Assembly: GCA_010405405.1 (NCBI GenBank)
Contig: MU004231.1
Location: 2,784,401 to 2,848,400, forward strand
DNA from: Microthyrium microscopicum
Taxonomy: Eukaryota
Reading direction: 5' to 3'
DNA: 64,000 nt
The first letter of the stretch is position 1. Every line of letters starts with the position of its first letter. Made by a program: the position numbers and the translations under genes. The notes under the pieces were generated by a model. That model worked only from the letters and a program-made list of their open reading frames with translations, made no database searches and was not told where the DNA came from. Of the stretch, positions 23,803 to 35,225 are shown in pieces.

Positions 23803-24953
23803 TCACATTCCCCTAGGTATGGGCAACCAGTCGCTCTGTACCAGTGCTGCTTTTCTAACCAACTGATCTGGACGTGGAAATACATCTACCCCAATCGTTG
23901 TATGGGCAATAACCCATTCTCCACCCACATTCGTCAGTTCGGTATCAGCATCAGCCGGCGACCGATGATGAACTTTACGAATATGTTCATTCATCCCCGC
24001 CACGCCCTGGAAATAACGCCACTGAAGACCCGCATATGAGCCATTGGCAACTACTTGTACATTAGCATCACAAGCCTGATAGCGCGGGGGCCGAACGTAC
24101 GACATATGGGACAGGCGAGCTCATGCCATTGTTCATCGTCAACTTCGACCCAACATTCAACATAGCGAATGCCATAGGTGCGCCGAAGACCCCAGATTGC
24201 GCCGCCTGCTTCAATTGAACCCCATCGACCAGGCTTGAGAGGCGCGTATTGTGCTGTCGTGAGGCCAGGCTCACTTCTTCTAATCGCTGCGGATGGTAGT
24301 GCCTTACAGGGACTCGGCTTTTTCTTAGGACTGACCTTGGGTTTTGGTGGTAAGAGATTTTGTGGCAACGGGACTTGTGGCGGATTGTAGATTTCTTGTA
24401 AGTCGAGTCTCGAAAAGTCATACAGCGGAGATGGTGGCGGCGTAAGGGGACCTGTTTCCGTGAACGAGTGGCCACGAAAAGACGTGGAGCCCCAGTATCC
24501 AGGAATCGATGCTGGCCAAAACTGTGGATGATTGGGATTTGACGTAAAGTATGGCTGCGAGTACTCAAATTCAGGCGTGATGAGATGCCATGGCGAAGTT
24601 ATGGGGTCCGAGGGTGGCAGATGTTGCTGCTGATCGAAACTACCCAGTGCCTCGAAAGAAGTAGATCTCAACGAGGGTCTGGGCGGATATTCTGGTTGCT
24701 GGTTTACATAGTGATCCTCGCCTATTTGTCCCTCGACCAGCTCGCTCACAGTTGGGTTCTAGTGTCATGTTAATTAGCCTCTTCTTCTATGAAAGCATCA
24801 GCTTGGAGTGTGACATCAATACTCTGGCCTAATGAGTTCTACACTTACTATACCAGCCGTTCCACTTTCACGTTTCACTCTTATTGGTAGACTTGGGTCA
24901 TGAACGAAATGAGTTTTAGTTGGATCACTTGTTTCGGGCCTTAAGCGATTCAT
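23803..24953 (-). CDS. Hypothetical protein with P-rich region and one atypical C2H2-like finger, ~3 exons
   Basis: Intron 24100-24051 (GTACGT..GCTAAT..TAG) joins two track ORFs into LACPICLANGSYAGLQWRYFQGVAGMNEHIRKVH. An upstream phase-0 intron (GTAAGT near 24848 ..GCTAAT..TAG near 24759) links an ATG at 24953 or 24965. Start uncertain. Confidence 0.6.
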
Positions 24954-25406
24954 TTTAAGGCGCATATCGGAGCAATGACGGCTCCATGTGGCTATTTGTA
25001 GATACACTGCTCCATGGGGCAAAATTGACAATCCATATCCGAGATTGTCATTTTGAGCGTGTCGAAGCAATCGCCCTAAGACAAGCCCAATACTGCTGCT
25101 ACAAACAACACAACACAAAGAAGAGACAAACTGAAACCCCTCTGGTTAAGCGGCTGATGTCTTCAGTGGAGAACCCATTGCTTGGGAACAAGCATAAGGC
25201 TCATTCACAAACTATCGCAGTAACTTACATGCTCCCATTAGCTTTTATGGCTCCCACAAATGGTTCTAAATAGAGCTTGCTATATTTGTCACCGCATTCA
25301 ATGAACGTTTACCGAATTTACACCATCTATGGGGCATAAAGCACTCGATAACGTGCGTCGACGATGGGAGTCATGGGATTTGATGGAGGCACGTCAATTA
25401 TAAGTC

Positions 25407-26398
25407 TTATTTGATTTCTGCTATAGTACCAATGATTGCACTAGAATCACTTTCACTAAGCTCGATACTGAAGTATTTCTTCAAAGCTGATAGTCTGTCA
25501 CTCTCAGTTGCAAATACTTCGTACGTCTCGCTTTTGCCGTTGTGCGACTTCTTTATATCTCGACCGAGGGTCAAGCGGCCAACGATATTCTTTCCGCTTT
25601 CATCGAGAACCATCTTGGTGCGGAAAACTCGCTGAGTAAAAAACCTTCTCGGACTTTGACTCGTTGACAAGTTCATCACTTCAAAGTCCTCTGGTCTGAA
25701 CTCAAGCTCAGTGAAGCAGTAACAATTGATCCATGGGCCGTCTGGGTCCTGTCTGTGCTGATACACCCAAACTTTCTGGCTTGGATCCTCATTGTCCTCA
25801 AGTCCTGTTTGGATGACGCGATTTTGTTCTTCATGGATGGCGCCAACAACTTTACCCTCCTGCTGCAAGGATAGCGGTGTAATTGGATTGTTTGGTCCAT
25901 ATCCAACGTCAAGAAGGAACATTTCGTCCGCAATAGTTACCAGGTTGACATGATGACTCCTACTCGATATTTTAGCAGCTGTTGACAAAAAATCAGACAA
26001 GTTGTGATATTGTACCATCCTCCAAACTTTTTACCATCATGCGTCCTCGCACCACAAGTGCGTAATTTATACCCTAAGGAGCGGAGCAGAGTCGCAAACA
26101 GTGCATTGAGTTCCATGCAATAGCCTCCTCGGCCTGGGCTCTGCACTATCTTCTTGGATAAATCCTCCGGGTGTAGACTGATTTGTCGCCATCGTGAGTA
26201 ATGTAGAGAGAGATTTTCGAATGGTATGTAAGCGAGATGCTGTCGCTGTAAAAACTCAAGATACTCGACAGACTTTTTTGGCGAGATTTCATTGATGTCG
26301 TAGATGCTCTCCTTTGAACCTGGTGTCACCTGCAGCCGGCTAAAATATTGATCGATTTCCTTGACCGAGAACTTCGTATGCCGATGTGCCGTAGGCAT
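25407..26398 (-). CDS. Arylamine N-acetyltransferase (NAT), 2 exons
   Basis: IPFENLSLHY, RGGYCMELN (catalytic Cys), W|SHHVNLV (His), LLDVGYG (Asp). Intron 26015-25960 joins the two track ORFs. Confidence 0.93.
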
Positions 26399-26924
26399 TT
26401 TGCCGAATTAATATGAGATGTACGGAGATGTTACACCGCTGGTGCTTCACTTGGGTATTTTTCTACAAAGTACACAGGTATTAGGCACAGGCGAGGGCGC
26501 CGCTCTGCTGGTTGCCGCCACTCCGAAGTCGTTGTGTCAACTCAAAACTGGACCTCATGAGTTCCAATCATACACAGTCGAACCGAATAAGCTTTGCATT
26601 CGCTTCGACTCACCATCCATACCGTCTCCATGCGGTCGAAGTCATAGGAGCTGTGTTCGTTGCACTATTTGAACACATGAAGTTGAGCTTGGATCTAACC
26701 ACTTTAGGCATGGTAATGAGCTTGATTGCCACGTGCTCACGCGCTTCTAACGTGTTGGCGCGCTTTCTATGACGCTATCTCAACCTCCTTAGTTCATCAA
26801 AAAATCTACGACAGCCCGGTGGGAGTAGTGGAGGTGAAGAGCAGGTCCTATTTCACGCTAGATCTCAAAATAAATAAACCCAAAGACTCGATCATAGGCG
26901 TAAGGGGCTTAGCATACCAGCAAT

Positions 26925-29852
26925 ATGGCACCACGAAATTCCAAGAAACGAGCAAACGATGCGCCAGCGGCGGAAGAGCCTCCTGCAAAGCGCAAGGCTG
27001 TCGCAGCGTTTGATGCTGTAGACTCTGTGTTTGCACCGAAGATAAAGAAGACCGTGAAAGAAATTCAGGCTGAGCTTGCGGAATTGGAAGATTCGGAGAG
27101 CGAGTCTGAAAGCTCCAGCGAAGACGAATTTGAAGATGTCGCAGTCGTGGCCAAAGAAGAGGGAGAATCTGACCAAGAAATGGACTGGGAAGATGCTATA
27201 GGTCAAAAGGAACCGGGCGAAGAGCCTGAATTAGAGGACCTGGAATTGACACTCTCCAAACCGGACATGATATCCATCTACGAAGCCACGAAAAGCGGGA
27301 AGAAAGGACCCACAAAGCGCGACCGACTCATCAGAATGCTCACTCATCGGACACATGTCTTGAGTTTACTGTGGCATAACACCATCCGCAATTCGTGGAT
27401 CAACGACAAAGAAGTACAGAAATTCCTGGTGGACAGCCTTTCACAGGGCCTTCAACGCGAAATAGAGCGGTGGCGAGTAGCATCTGGGAAGAATCAAGAG
27501 CCTGAGGATGAAGCAGAGCCAACGAACAAACGGAGAGGAAAAGGAAAAGCCAAGGGAAAGGCGAAAATCAAAGCCGAAAGACATCGTGACTGGGGCTCAG
27601 ATGCCGAGCGACAGGAACCAGGGGTGCCAGATCTTAGCAGTGGGGACCCTATTGTTCGACTCCTCAAGCACCTCACCGCGTACTGGAAGAAGCGTTTTCA
27701 AATTACTGCCCCCGGAATTCGTAAGCGAGGTTATTATACACTCAGAGAGCTCAGAGATGAGACAAACGCGCTGAAAGAGGATAGCCATGATGCAAGTAGA
27801 TTCGGAGAGCGAGTTGCTAGCTTGGTAGAGTTTCGGCAGGCGGCCAAAGAATGTCGAGGCAGTCGGGATCTGAGTGCTCAGCTTTTCACAGCTTTGCTTC
27901 GTGGTATTGGGATAGAGTCGCGTCTCGTAGCATCTTTGCAGCCAGCGGGGTTTGGCTGGTCTCAGGCAGAGGAACGGAAGAAGAAGAAAGCAGAAGCTCC
28001 GAGCCCAGCAAGGTTAAAGTCGAAGAAACCTGCAGGGAAACCAGCTATTTCAATTAGCAAGGGTCGCAAAACGAATGGAACATCCAAAGTTGACGCGGAG
28101 GACTCTAGCTCGGAGCTGAGCGATGTCGAATCAGTAGAATCTGATTCGGATCTCTCCATGACCAATATATCACTCAGCAGAACGAAACCGGCCGGCCAGT
28201 TCGATAGTGACCTACCATTCCCGGTCTACTGGACAGAAGCATTATCCCCAATTAGCAGCAAGTACTACCCAGTTTCGACTAAGATCACGCCGAATGTGGC
28301 GTCTACAGCAGAACAGCTTTCCCTCTTTGAGCCTCGAGGCGCCGCTGCCGAAAAAGCCAAACAAGTCATTTGCTACGTCGTTGCATATTCTGCGGATGGA
28401 ACTGGAAAGGATGTCACCGTTCGATACTTGAAACGGCATCAATTACCAGGGAAAACAAAAGGATTTCGATTGCCAATTGAAAAGATACCAGTACATAACA
28501 AGAAGGGAAAAGTCATCCGTCATGATCAGTATGACTGGTTCAAGCGAGTAATGAACATCTACGCCCGTCCTATAGCGAAAAGAACATTGGCAGACGATTT
28601 AGAAGAGCAGGGAGAGTTAGTGCCAATGAAAATCACAAAAGCGGCCAAAGCTGAAGGACCACCCGATACACTACAAGGCTACAAACAATCCGAAGAATTC
28701 GTACTCGAACGCCATCTACGCCGAGAAGAAGCGATCTTACCCACAGCCAAAGTCGTCCACCAATTTACAACCAAGAAGGGCGCAGACGCAAAATCAGAGC
28801 CAGTATATCTCCGTAAAGACGTGGTAGCGTGCAAGACAGTCGAGAGCTGGCATAAGGAAGGTCGACAAATGAAGATTGGCGAACAAGCGCTCAAACAAGT
28901 TCCCATACGGGCCGTCACTCTGCTCCGTAAAGCAGAAGTCGAGCAAGCTACACGAGATACAGGATCCAAACCACTCCAAGGCCTATATTCTCGCGCTCAA
29001 ACGGAATGGATTATCCCACCTCCCATCGAAGACGGCAAAATCCCCAAAAACAGCTATGGAAACATCGATATCTATGTCCCCTCCATGGTCCCTCAAGGAG
29101 CTGTCCATATCCCTCTAGGTGGCACAGTCCGGATATGCAAGAAACTCGGCATTGACTATGCAGAAGCTTGCACTGGTTTTGAATTTGGCCACCAAATGGC
29201 CGTGCCAGTCATTCAAGGTGTAGTCATTGCGGAGGAGAATGAGCACTTGCTGTTGGATGCATGGGAAGAAGAGGAAGAGCGGAAACGACTTCGTGAAGAT
29301 GAGAAGAGAATGAAGCGGATACTTGGCCTTTGGCGCAAGTTTACTATGGGCATGCGAGTTTTGGAGCGCATCAAGGCCGAATATGGAGAGACGGATGCTT
29401 ATGAGAATCCTTTTCAACAGAAAGATAATGGTGCGTCAAGCAAATCTCGGCATGTTGATGACACTTTCGATCAACAGGATTTGGATCATGTTGCTGAACA
29501 TGGTGGTGGATTCTTGCCGGAGGGTACGGAATTTCATGAGGCTCGCTCGACCTTACAGGTCCATGATGACTTGCAGATTCACGACGATACTCTGAACACA
29601 GCAAATGAAGCTGAAGAAGACTCGAAGACGCACAAGGCACGGAAACAGGCGCCAATGTCCCTCCGCGCTCAAGCGAATGTAGTAGAAGCCGAATCTGACG
29701 AAGACAACGAAGAAGATGAATATGCAGAAGAGGATTCTCCTGAAGAAGAAGGTTCCGCCAACGAAGAATATCCCGATCCAGCATTCTCCCTGGCCAAGAA
29801 AACCCGACCAGGCCGTAAAGCTGCGACATCAAGTCCATACTTTCGAAAGTAG
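26925..29852 (+). CDS. Rad4/XPC-family DNA damage recognition protein (transglutaminase-like plus BHD1-3)
   Basis: GSRDLSAQLFTALLRGIG..SRLVASLQP; PVYWTE; KDVTVRY; EFVLERHLRREE; CKTVESWHKEGR; GLYSRAQTEWIIPPPIEDGKIPKNSYGNIDIYVPSMVP; LGIDYAEACTGFEF. Which paralog it is cannot be resolved here. Confidence 0.95.
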   Translation: MAPRNSKKRANDAPAAEEPPAKRKAVAAFDAVDSVFAPKIKKTVKEIQAELAELEDSESESESSSEDEFEDVAVVAKEEGESDQEMDWEDAIGQKEPGEEPELEDLELTLSKPDMISIYEATKSGKKGPTKRDRLIRMLTHRTHVLSLLWHNTIRNSWINDKEVQKFLVDSLSQGLQREIERWRVASGKNQEPEDEAEPTNKRRGKGKAKGKAKIKAERHRDWGSDAERQEPGVPDLSSGDPIVRLLKHLTAYWKKRFQITAPGIRKRGYYTLRELRDETNALKEDSHDASRFGERVASLVEFRQAAKECRGSRDLSAQLFTALLRGIGIESRLVASLQPAGFGWSQAEERKKKKAEAPSPARLKSKKPAGKPAISISKGRKTNGTSKVDAEDSSSELSDVESVESDSDLSMTNISLSRTKPAGQFDSDLPFPVYWTEALSPISSKYYPVSTKITPNVASTAEQLSLFEPRGAAAEKAKQVICYVVAYSADGTGKDVTVRYLKRHQLPGKTKGFRLPIEKIPVHNKKGKVIRHDQYDWFKRVMNIYARPIAKRTLADDLEEQGELVPMKITKAAKAEGPPDTLQGYKQSEEFVLERHLRREEAILPTAKVVHQFTTKKGADAKSEPVYLRKDVVACKTVESWHKEGRQMKIGEQALKQVPIRAVTLLRKAEVEQATRDTGSKPLQGLYSRAQTEWIIPPPIEDGKIPKNSYGNIDIYVPSMVPQGAVHIPLGGTVRICKKLGIDYAEACTGFEFGHQMAVPVIQGVVIAEENEHLLLDAWEEEEERKRLREDEKRMKRILGLWRKFTMGMRVLERIKAEYGETDAYENPFQQKDNGASSKSRHVDDTFDQQDLDHVAEHGGGFLPEGTEFHEARSTLQVHDDLQIHDDTLNTANEAEEDSKTHKARKQAPMSLRAQANVVEAESDEDNEEDEYAEEDSPEEEGSANEEYPDPAFSLAKKTRPGRKAATSSPYFRK

Positions 29853-30554
29853 ATTTGTCAAACGTAGTACAGTTGTATTATAGCATGACCATAGTTAGGA
29901 TGCACAGCTTAGCCATGATCATCGGATATTCTTGCTATCCGAATATTCGGACAGAAAGTCTCGAAAGCAATATATTTCAAACTCACTACGAAACCATTGG
30001 CCCGTCATAGAATGATTACCGCGCGATTTTAGCGATAATGTGTATGGACCTGGGATTATGCAGATCTGGGGGAATCCGTGGACCGGATTACTGTCACAGG
30101 AATTTGTGAATGATAGGCTACAAGAGGGAATCCAGCTATATGATGGAATCGTAATATACATAAATTGTTTGCCGCCGGGGCGTTGGGCTTTTGGGAAAGG
30201 TACCAGCACATATGTCAAAAGCAATGTTATCGGCGAATATAAACATCAATGTCCGAAAGACCGCGTGGAAATATAGGGGGCAGAAGATTAGACGATCTGT
30301 TTGAAGAGCCAGACAAGGCAGGTTGAAACAACCTGATATCAAAGTGAAAGCGCAGCTGCCAGACAGGACCGAGAAGCCGCGTAGGTGTTTAATCTATCAG
30401 AGTAATCACGCAACCTCTGAAATGCTACCCAAGCTTGCCTTGCTTGCCTCTTTTTCTGACCGGTCACAGCGAAACTGTAGGAGTGAATAATGGCAAGTTG
30501 ATCTGACTGTAACAATCAGGGCGGGAGCAACCGAGGTCACAGGCCCCATCAGTG

Positions 30555-30575
30555 TCTCAGCACAACCTGCTGAGA
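30555..30575. promoter_or_regulatory. 8-bp inverted repeat TCTCAGCA-N5-TGCTGAGA upstream of ATX1; candidate copper-responsive element
   Basis: Perfect dyad ~330 nt upstream of the ATX1 ATG. Each half carries the GCTG core used by Ace1/Cuf1-type copper-fist factors. Function is inferred. Confidence 0.4.
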
Positions 30576-30905
30576 AATTATAGCCTTTTGTGACGTTTGT
30601 CAGCTAACAATGCCAAACGGGGCGGCGGTGGTTCCTTGAAGCATTGAAGTTTCCGAAGTTACAGACCAAGGGCGGACAAGGTTGCGGATAAATACATGTA
30701 AATAGCGCAATCGGCCTCACTCTTCTTTCTCGTTGCCTTCTTCCTCCATCTACATTCCACTTAACCAATCCTACCATACATCAGAAAGGTACCATACCTG
30801 TACTATTTGACCTCGGTTCCCTTAGCTAATCCATCAGAACAGCTTTCTACAACCAACCTTCGTCACCAAGATCCCCACAGCGCATCCGCATTCCACATAT
30901 CCAAA

Positions 30906-31400
30906 ATGTCTGCCGAACACACCTACAAATTTGACGTGGCCATGAGCTGCGGCGGCTGCTCAGGCGCCATCGAGCGCGTTCTCAAGCGTCTTGAAGGTAC
31001 GTCGCAATAATCTCTATCCGCGATACCCCGCAAAAAGAAAAGCCCCGCATCGACGTGAGACATTCCAGCCTCCAAAAAGGAAAAAGGAAAGATGTGAATC
31101 TCGTGGGCTTTGGACAAGTTTGGAATCTTGCGAAAAACGAATCATCCCGATGGTTCCACAACGAAGAGGTTCATTCTTCATGGAATTATGCTAATACAAA
31201 GGTGCTTATTAGGAGTCAAGTCATTCGATGTCAGCCTCGAAAAGCAGACAGCCGAAGTCATCACCAACGACGACAACCTGAGCTACGAAACTGTCTTGAG
31301 CACTATCAAGAAGACGGGTAAGAAGGTCAAGTCTGGCGAGGCTGATGGAAAGGAAATGTCTATTGATGTTCCTGCTCCAGCTGTTGCCCCGGCTGCCTAG
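30906..31400 (+). CDS. ATX1: Copper chaperone Atx1 (HMA domain), 2 exons
   Basis: HTYKFDVAMSCGGCSGAIERVLKRLEG|VKSFDVSLEKQTAEV...VLSTIKKTGK, with MxCxxC and KTGK motifs. Intron 30997-31212 (GTACGT..GCTAAT..TAG). Confidence 0.95.
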
Positions 31401-32496
31401 ATTCGTGTAGTTGTGAGTTTTTTCCGAGCTTTGGAAGGTATAGAGGGATGCTAATGCGTGGCAGATTAAATCAAAGTCCTTTTCTACCTGACGAGACTTT
31501 TCTAGGTGTGCGTGATTTGAAGAGACCGATGTAACCGATGCAGTTGTGAATCTTAGGAAATGATCGGGTGCAATGCGGCGTTTAGATACTCTTGTGGTTC
31601 ATTGCCTACAACCATCATGTCGTTTTCCAAAGGATATCGAAGCATTCGATTACATGTCTCAAGGCCATGACTCGTTTCGCGACGCACATAGCTGTTAGTT
31701 CTTGAAAGGAGAGAAAGAACTCTAAGGCTGCGGTCCAGCTTCAGGGTTTGCTTCGCGTGGATATGTATCTAGTGGTAAGTACTAGGCAAGCTATGGGTAT
31801 GATGATGATACTGGTAAACAACAAATGGATGCAAGATAAGGATGGAAGATAGAGATGGGAGTTTGAGAAGTGGGCAAAGACGATTTGGTGAGATCGGCGA
31901 TCTGGGGGAGAAACCGCGCCAGCCAAGAACAGCAGCCGGAATTATGTCCGAGCTTGTATATCGTGGATATGTGGCTTTCCAACAAATTCATTGTAGTACC
32001 AGTTGCCTGAGTAGTAAATTATCAGTACAAAAGAACAATAGAAACATATTCAAAAGATCAGATGTATTTAGTTCATCAATTGAGCATCAAACAGCTTGCT
32101 ACATACATCATCGAGCGATCAATGCCCACCAAGCTCTACTCTCTTCGAAGTTCGAGGGCATGGAAATGACCAGACATTGGACAGTGATCACATTGACAAG
32201 CTCTGGATTGCTCAGACCAATTAGCGGATGCAGAGCACGGAAATATAGAAGCGTGGTTGGTCGACAATGGCTCTGGGCTCGCTGGGGATGGCGACACTCC
32301 GTCTGTGAGTGATGACGTAGCAGCCATGTTTTGAAGGGCCTCTGCGCCTGCCGCCTCCTCCAACCAAGTTCAACAATCCTGCCTGTCCTTTATAACCTCC
32401 TCCACCACCTGCATCACACTTTTCTCGCTAACATCTCCTCAACTCTTCAACATCTCTCTCCATCTCAATAACACTCATCCACACAAAAAAATCAAC

Positions 32497-33209
32497 ATGG
32501 CCACTCTACACTGTAAGTAGCACTCTTGCACTCGAGCTTCCCCGCCACAAACATTGGAATGAAAGCATCATCGAGCTTTTCAAGCTCAAGATGCCGTTCA
32601 AAAGATGTTTACAGTCCTCAATCAGCTCAAGAACACTTTCTCGAGCTCAATTAACATAATACATAGACCTACCACCAGTCAAGCCATCAGCCATTGCGCT
32701 CGGCACTGTTTTCAACCATGCTGTCTCCCTAGCAATCCTAGCCCCAGTGTTTGGTGACACCTACAACCGCGCTCAGGCCGCAAACTCCAAGGAAGAGTTT
32801 GTCAAGTCAAAGGAGGCTGCTACTGCTGCCGCCACCTGGGGTGCTTCGCTCGCCGGCTCTGCTCTCCAGAGTTATGGTGTTGGTGCTCTCATCAACGCTA
32901 CTGGCACTCTTACCTACAAGGGCGCTGCATACCTTGGTGGTCTCATCTTCTTGGCTAGCTCCGCTCCATCTGTATGTGGACCCTCAATGCTATCTGAGGT
33001 CATCAAATGCTAACTAACTTGATAGGTCGTCTCACAAGTCTTGACCGAGAAGCGTCCTCTCGATACCATTGCCGTCGGTGTCTTGGGCCGTGTCTTTGAG
33101 ACCATTGGCCTCAGCTTGTTCCTCACCTACTGGGTATGTTCAATTCTTGTTGTTTTCAGAGTCATCACTAACAATTTTGCAGGGAACCCGCACCAACCCA
33201 TTCGACTAA
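32497..33209 (+). CDS. Small multi-TM protein, DUF1761-like, 4 exons
   Basis: Exons 32497-32512, 32667-32971, 33026-33133 and 33183-33209 with canonical splice sites give MATLHYLPPVKPSAIALG...SYGVGALINATGTLTYKGAAYLGGLIF...FLTYWGTRTNPFD*. Strong codon bias. Confidence 0.8.
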
Positions 33210-33448
33210 ACGGTTTCATTTATTATGACCTGGGCTCTCTCAACTGTCAAGTAGATTCATGAAGGAATCCATGGATAGGCGTTGCGAAATCAAATGATTA
33301 GTTGCTTTAGAAACTAATTTTCAACTCTGTAGCAATTAAATACTTCTATGATTGTAAACATTACAAGCTGTGTGATTTCCTGCGTGAATCTGACACTATG
33401 CCGTCCTGCAAATGCATGATAGAAACTTGGCGATCTTCTCTTATGCAA

Positions 33449-34536
33449 TCATTTGACCACCAATGCCGCTGAAGGCACGAATCCTGCCTCCTTCAGCGTC
33501 ATCCCGAAATCCGTATTGTCAAACGTCTTGCGTGGAAAGGTTGTAGAGAACGACGTGACCTCAACACCACTCTCCTCCTTCAACGCATACGCAACCTCAA
33601 ACAACGTCGCCTCTGCCGGAAACGTCTTCATGACATTCCCACCGGTAGTCTGCAACCGTAGTCTTGCCTCCGTATACTCTCCCTTTGGCTTATTGCTCAC
33701 CACCGGCGCAGCCTTAACCTCCTCCTTCTCCTCAAGCACCTTCCCCTCTCTCGCAGCCTTCTCTTTCGCCGCCTTAGCCCGCCGCTCCGCCTTATCTGCC
33801 TCAATTTGCATCAAAATCTTCTTGCGTGCTGCCTCATCCGCCTTCTTCTCCTGCCGTTTCTTCGCCGCCTCCTTGATCCGCTCATCATTCTGTAGTTTCT
33901 CGCGAATATCCTGGCTTTCTTTGGTAGCTTTTAGACGGATTTGCTCGTTTTTCTTGCGGTCTTCCTTGTCTTGGTCTGCATTTGTGGCGCGTTTGGCGGC
34001 GAGTTTTTCTTTGAGAGCGGCGAGTTTTGCGGCCTTTTCTTCGGGTGTTAGGGGCGCGATCTCTTCGATTGATTCGGCCATGTCGGTGTGTCCACTGTGA
34101 TGGAAGTTGTCAATACTCGCTCACGTAATCAGAGTATGGGGGATTGGTAAGAAACATACGATTTGTTGGCGTGGAATTGCATCTCGGTGGTGGTACGGAA
34201 CTTTTTGCCACATTCATTGCACATCCAGCTTGATGCTGTGAGGCCGGCGCCTTCGAGAGGTGTTGCGCTTATGGCGGGGGCATCGCTGGCGGTGGACTCG
34301 GCTTTGAGATCTTCGATGGACTTGTCGGCGTTCTTCTCTAGGTAGTCGATAGCATTGTTTACTATGGCGGAAAGTGTTAGTATTGTGATTCGCGACATTG
34401 ACAGTATCATGACGTGGAAGGATTAACGCGCGGGGCAAGTGGAGAGGATATGCGTACAGTTTCCGCCAGCTTTGAGAGCGAGTTGGGCGCGTTCGGGCTC
34501 GAAGCCCATGGCTTTGAGTTGGTCGAGATCTGACAT
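33449..34536 (-). CDS. UBA - C2H2 - coiled coil - UBX protein (UBXN1/SAKS1-like Cdc48 cofactor), 3 exons
   Basis: UBA LDQLKAMGF..ERAQLAL..NNAIDYLE; CNECGKKF.....FHANKSGH; UBX EARLRLQ..F....TLFEV..TTFPRKTF..TLKEAGFVPSAALVV. Introns at 34457-34362 and 34159-34095. Confidence 0.92.
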
Positions 34537-35225
34537 GATGATGGAAGTGTGATTAGGGTGTTTGTGGTTTGTAAGTGGAGTGGAGAGTAAGGCTGCGAGC
34601 TTCAAAGTTATGCTTGGTGGGTGGTGAAGTGGGGCTATGTAAGGTTGACTAGCTTCAAGGTACCAAACTTGAGGTCAATAGTGTAAATTTCAGAGTATGA
34701 AACCTGATACGGATTTCATTTTACTTGAGATGAATAGCTCACTTCTTGATATCCGGGTGCTAAAGATCTGAGGTGATGCCATGGAAACTTCTCCCAGAAC
34801 TCCAGCTCTCGTCCAGTGTCACGAAACTCACATACTCGCCTATCATTAAGCAACAAACCAAGGAATTCCAAAAGTTTCCATTGTGGGACAAAACCCCACG
34901 ATGGATATGTACAAGTCCATAACCGAATTTTGCAGAATGTCTAATCAAGAATGGCAAGAGCTGCCGAGCGGAGTCGAGCGAACTGCATGAAGCTGCTGGT
35001 AGTGCTCAGCCTCGTCTCGATCGTGCCGACAACTGGTGACATTAAAGCTCCTCTGTACCCAACATTCTATATTGAAGTCTGTTAGCCTTTGAAGTGCTCT
35101 TCAAACTTCAGGCAAGTCGACGTCATTTAAATAATTGTGCTGTATGTCCAGAAAACACGCAGTGTCCTTTCTACCTCATAGCAGTGTCAGGCACAGACTG
35201 CTGTTTACCTTCAGCCTGAGCTACC

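Noticed and set aside
25937..26018. Frameshift or pseudogene in the NAT gene
   Set aside because: A canonical 56-nt intron restores the frame and the Cys-His-Asp triad.
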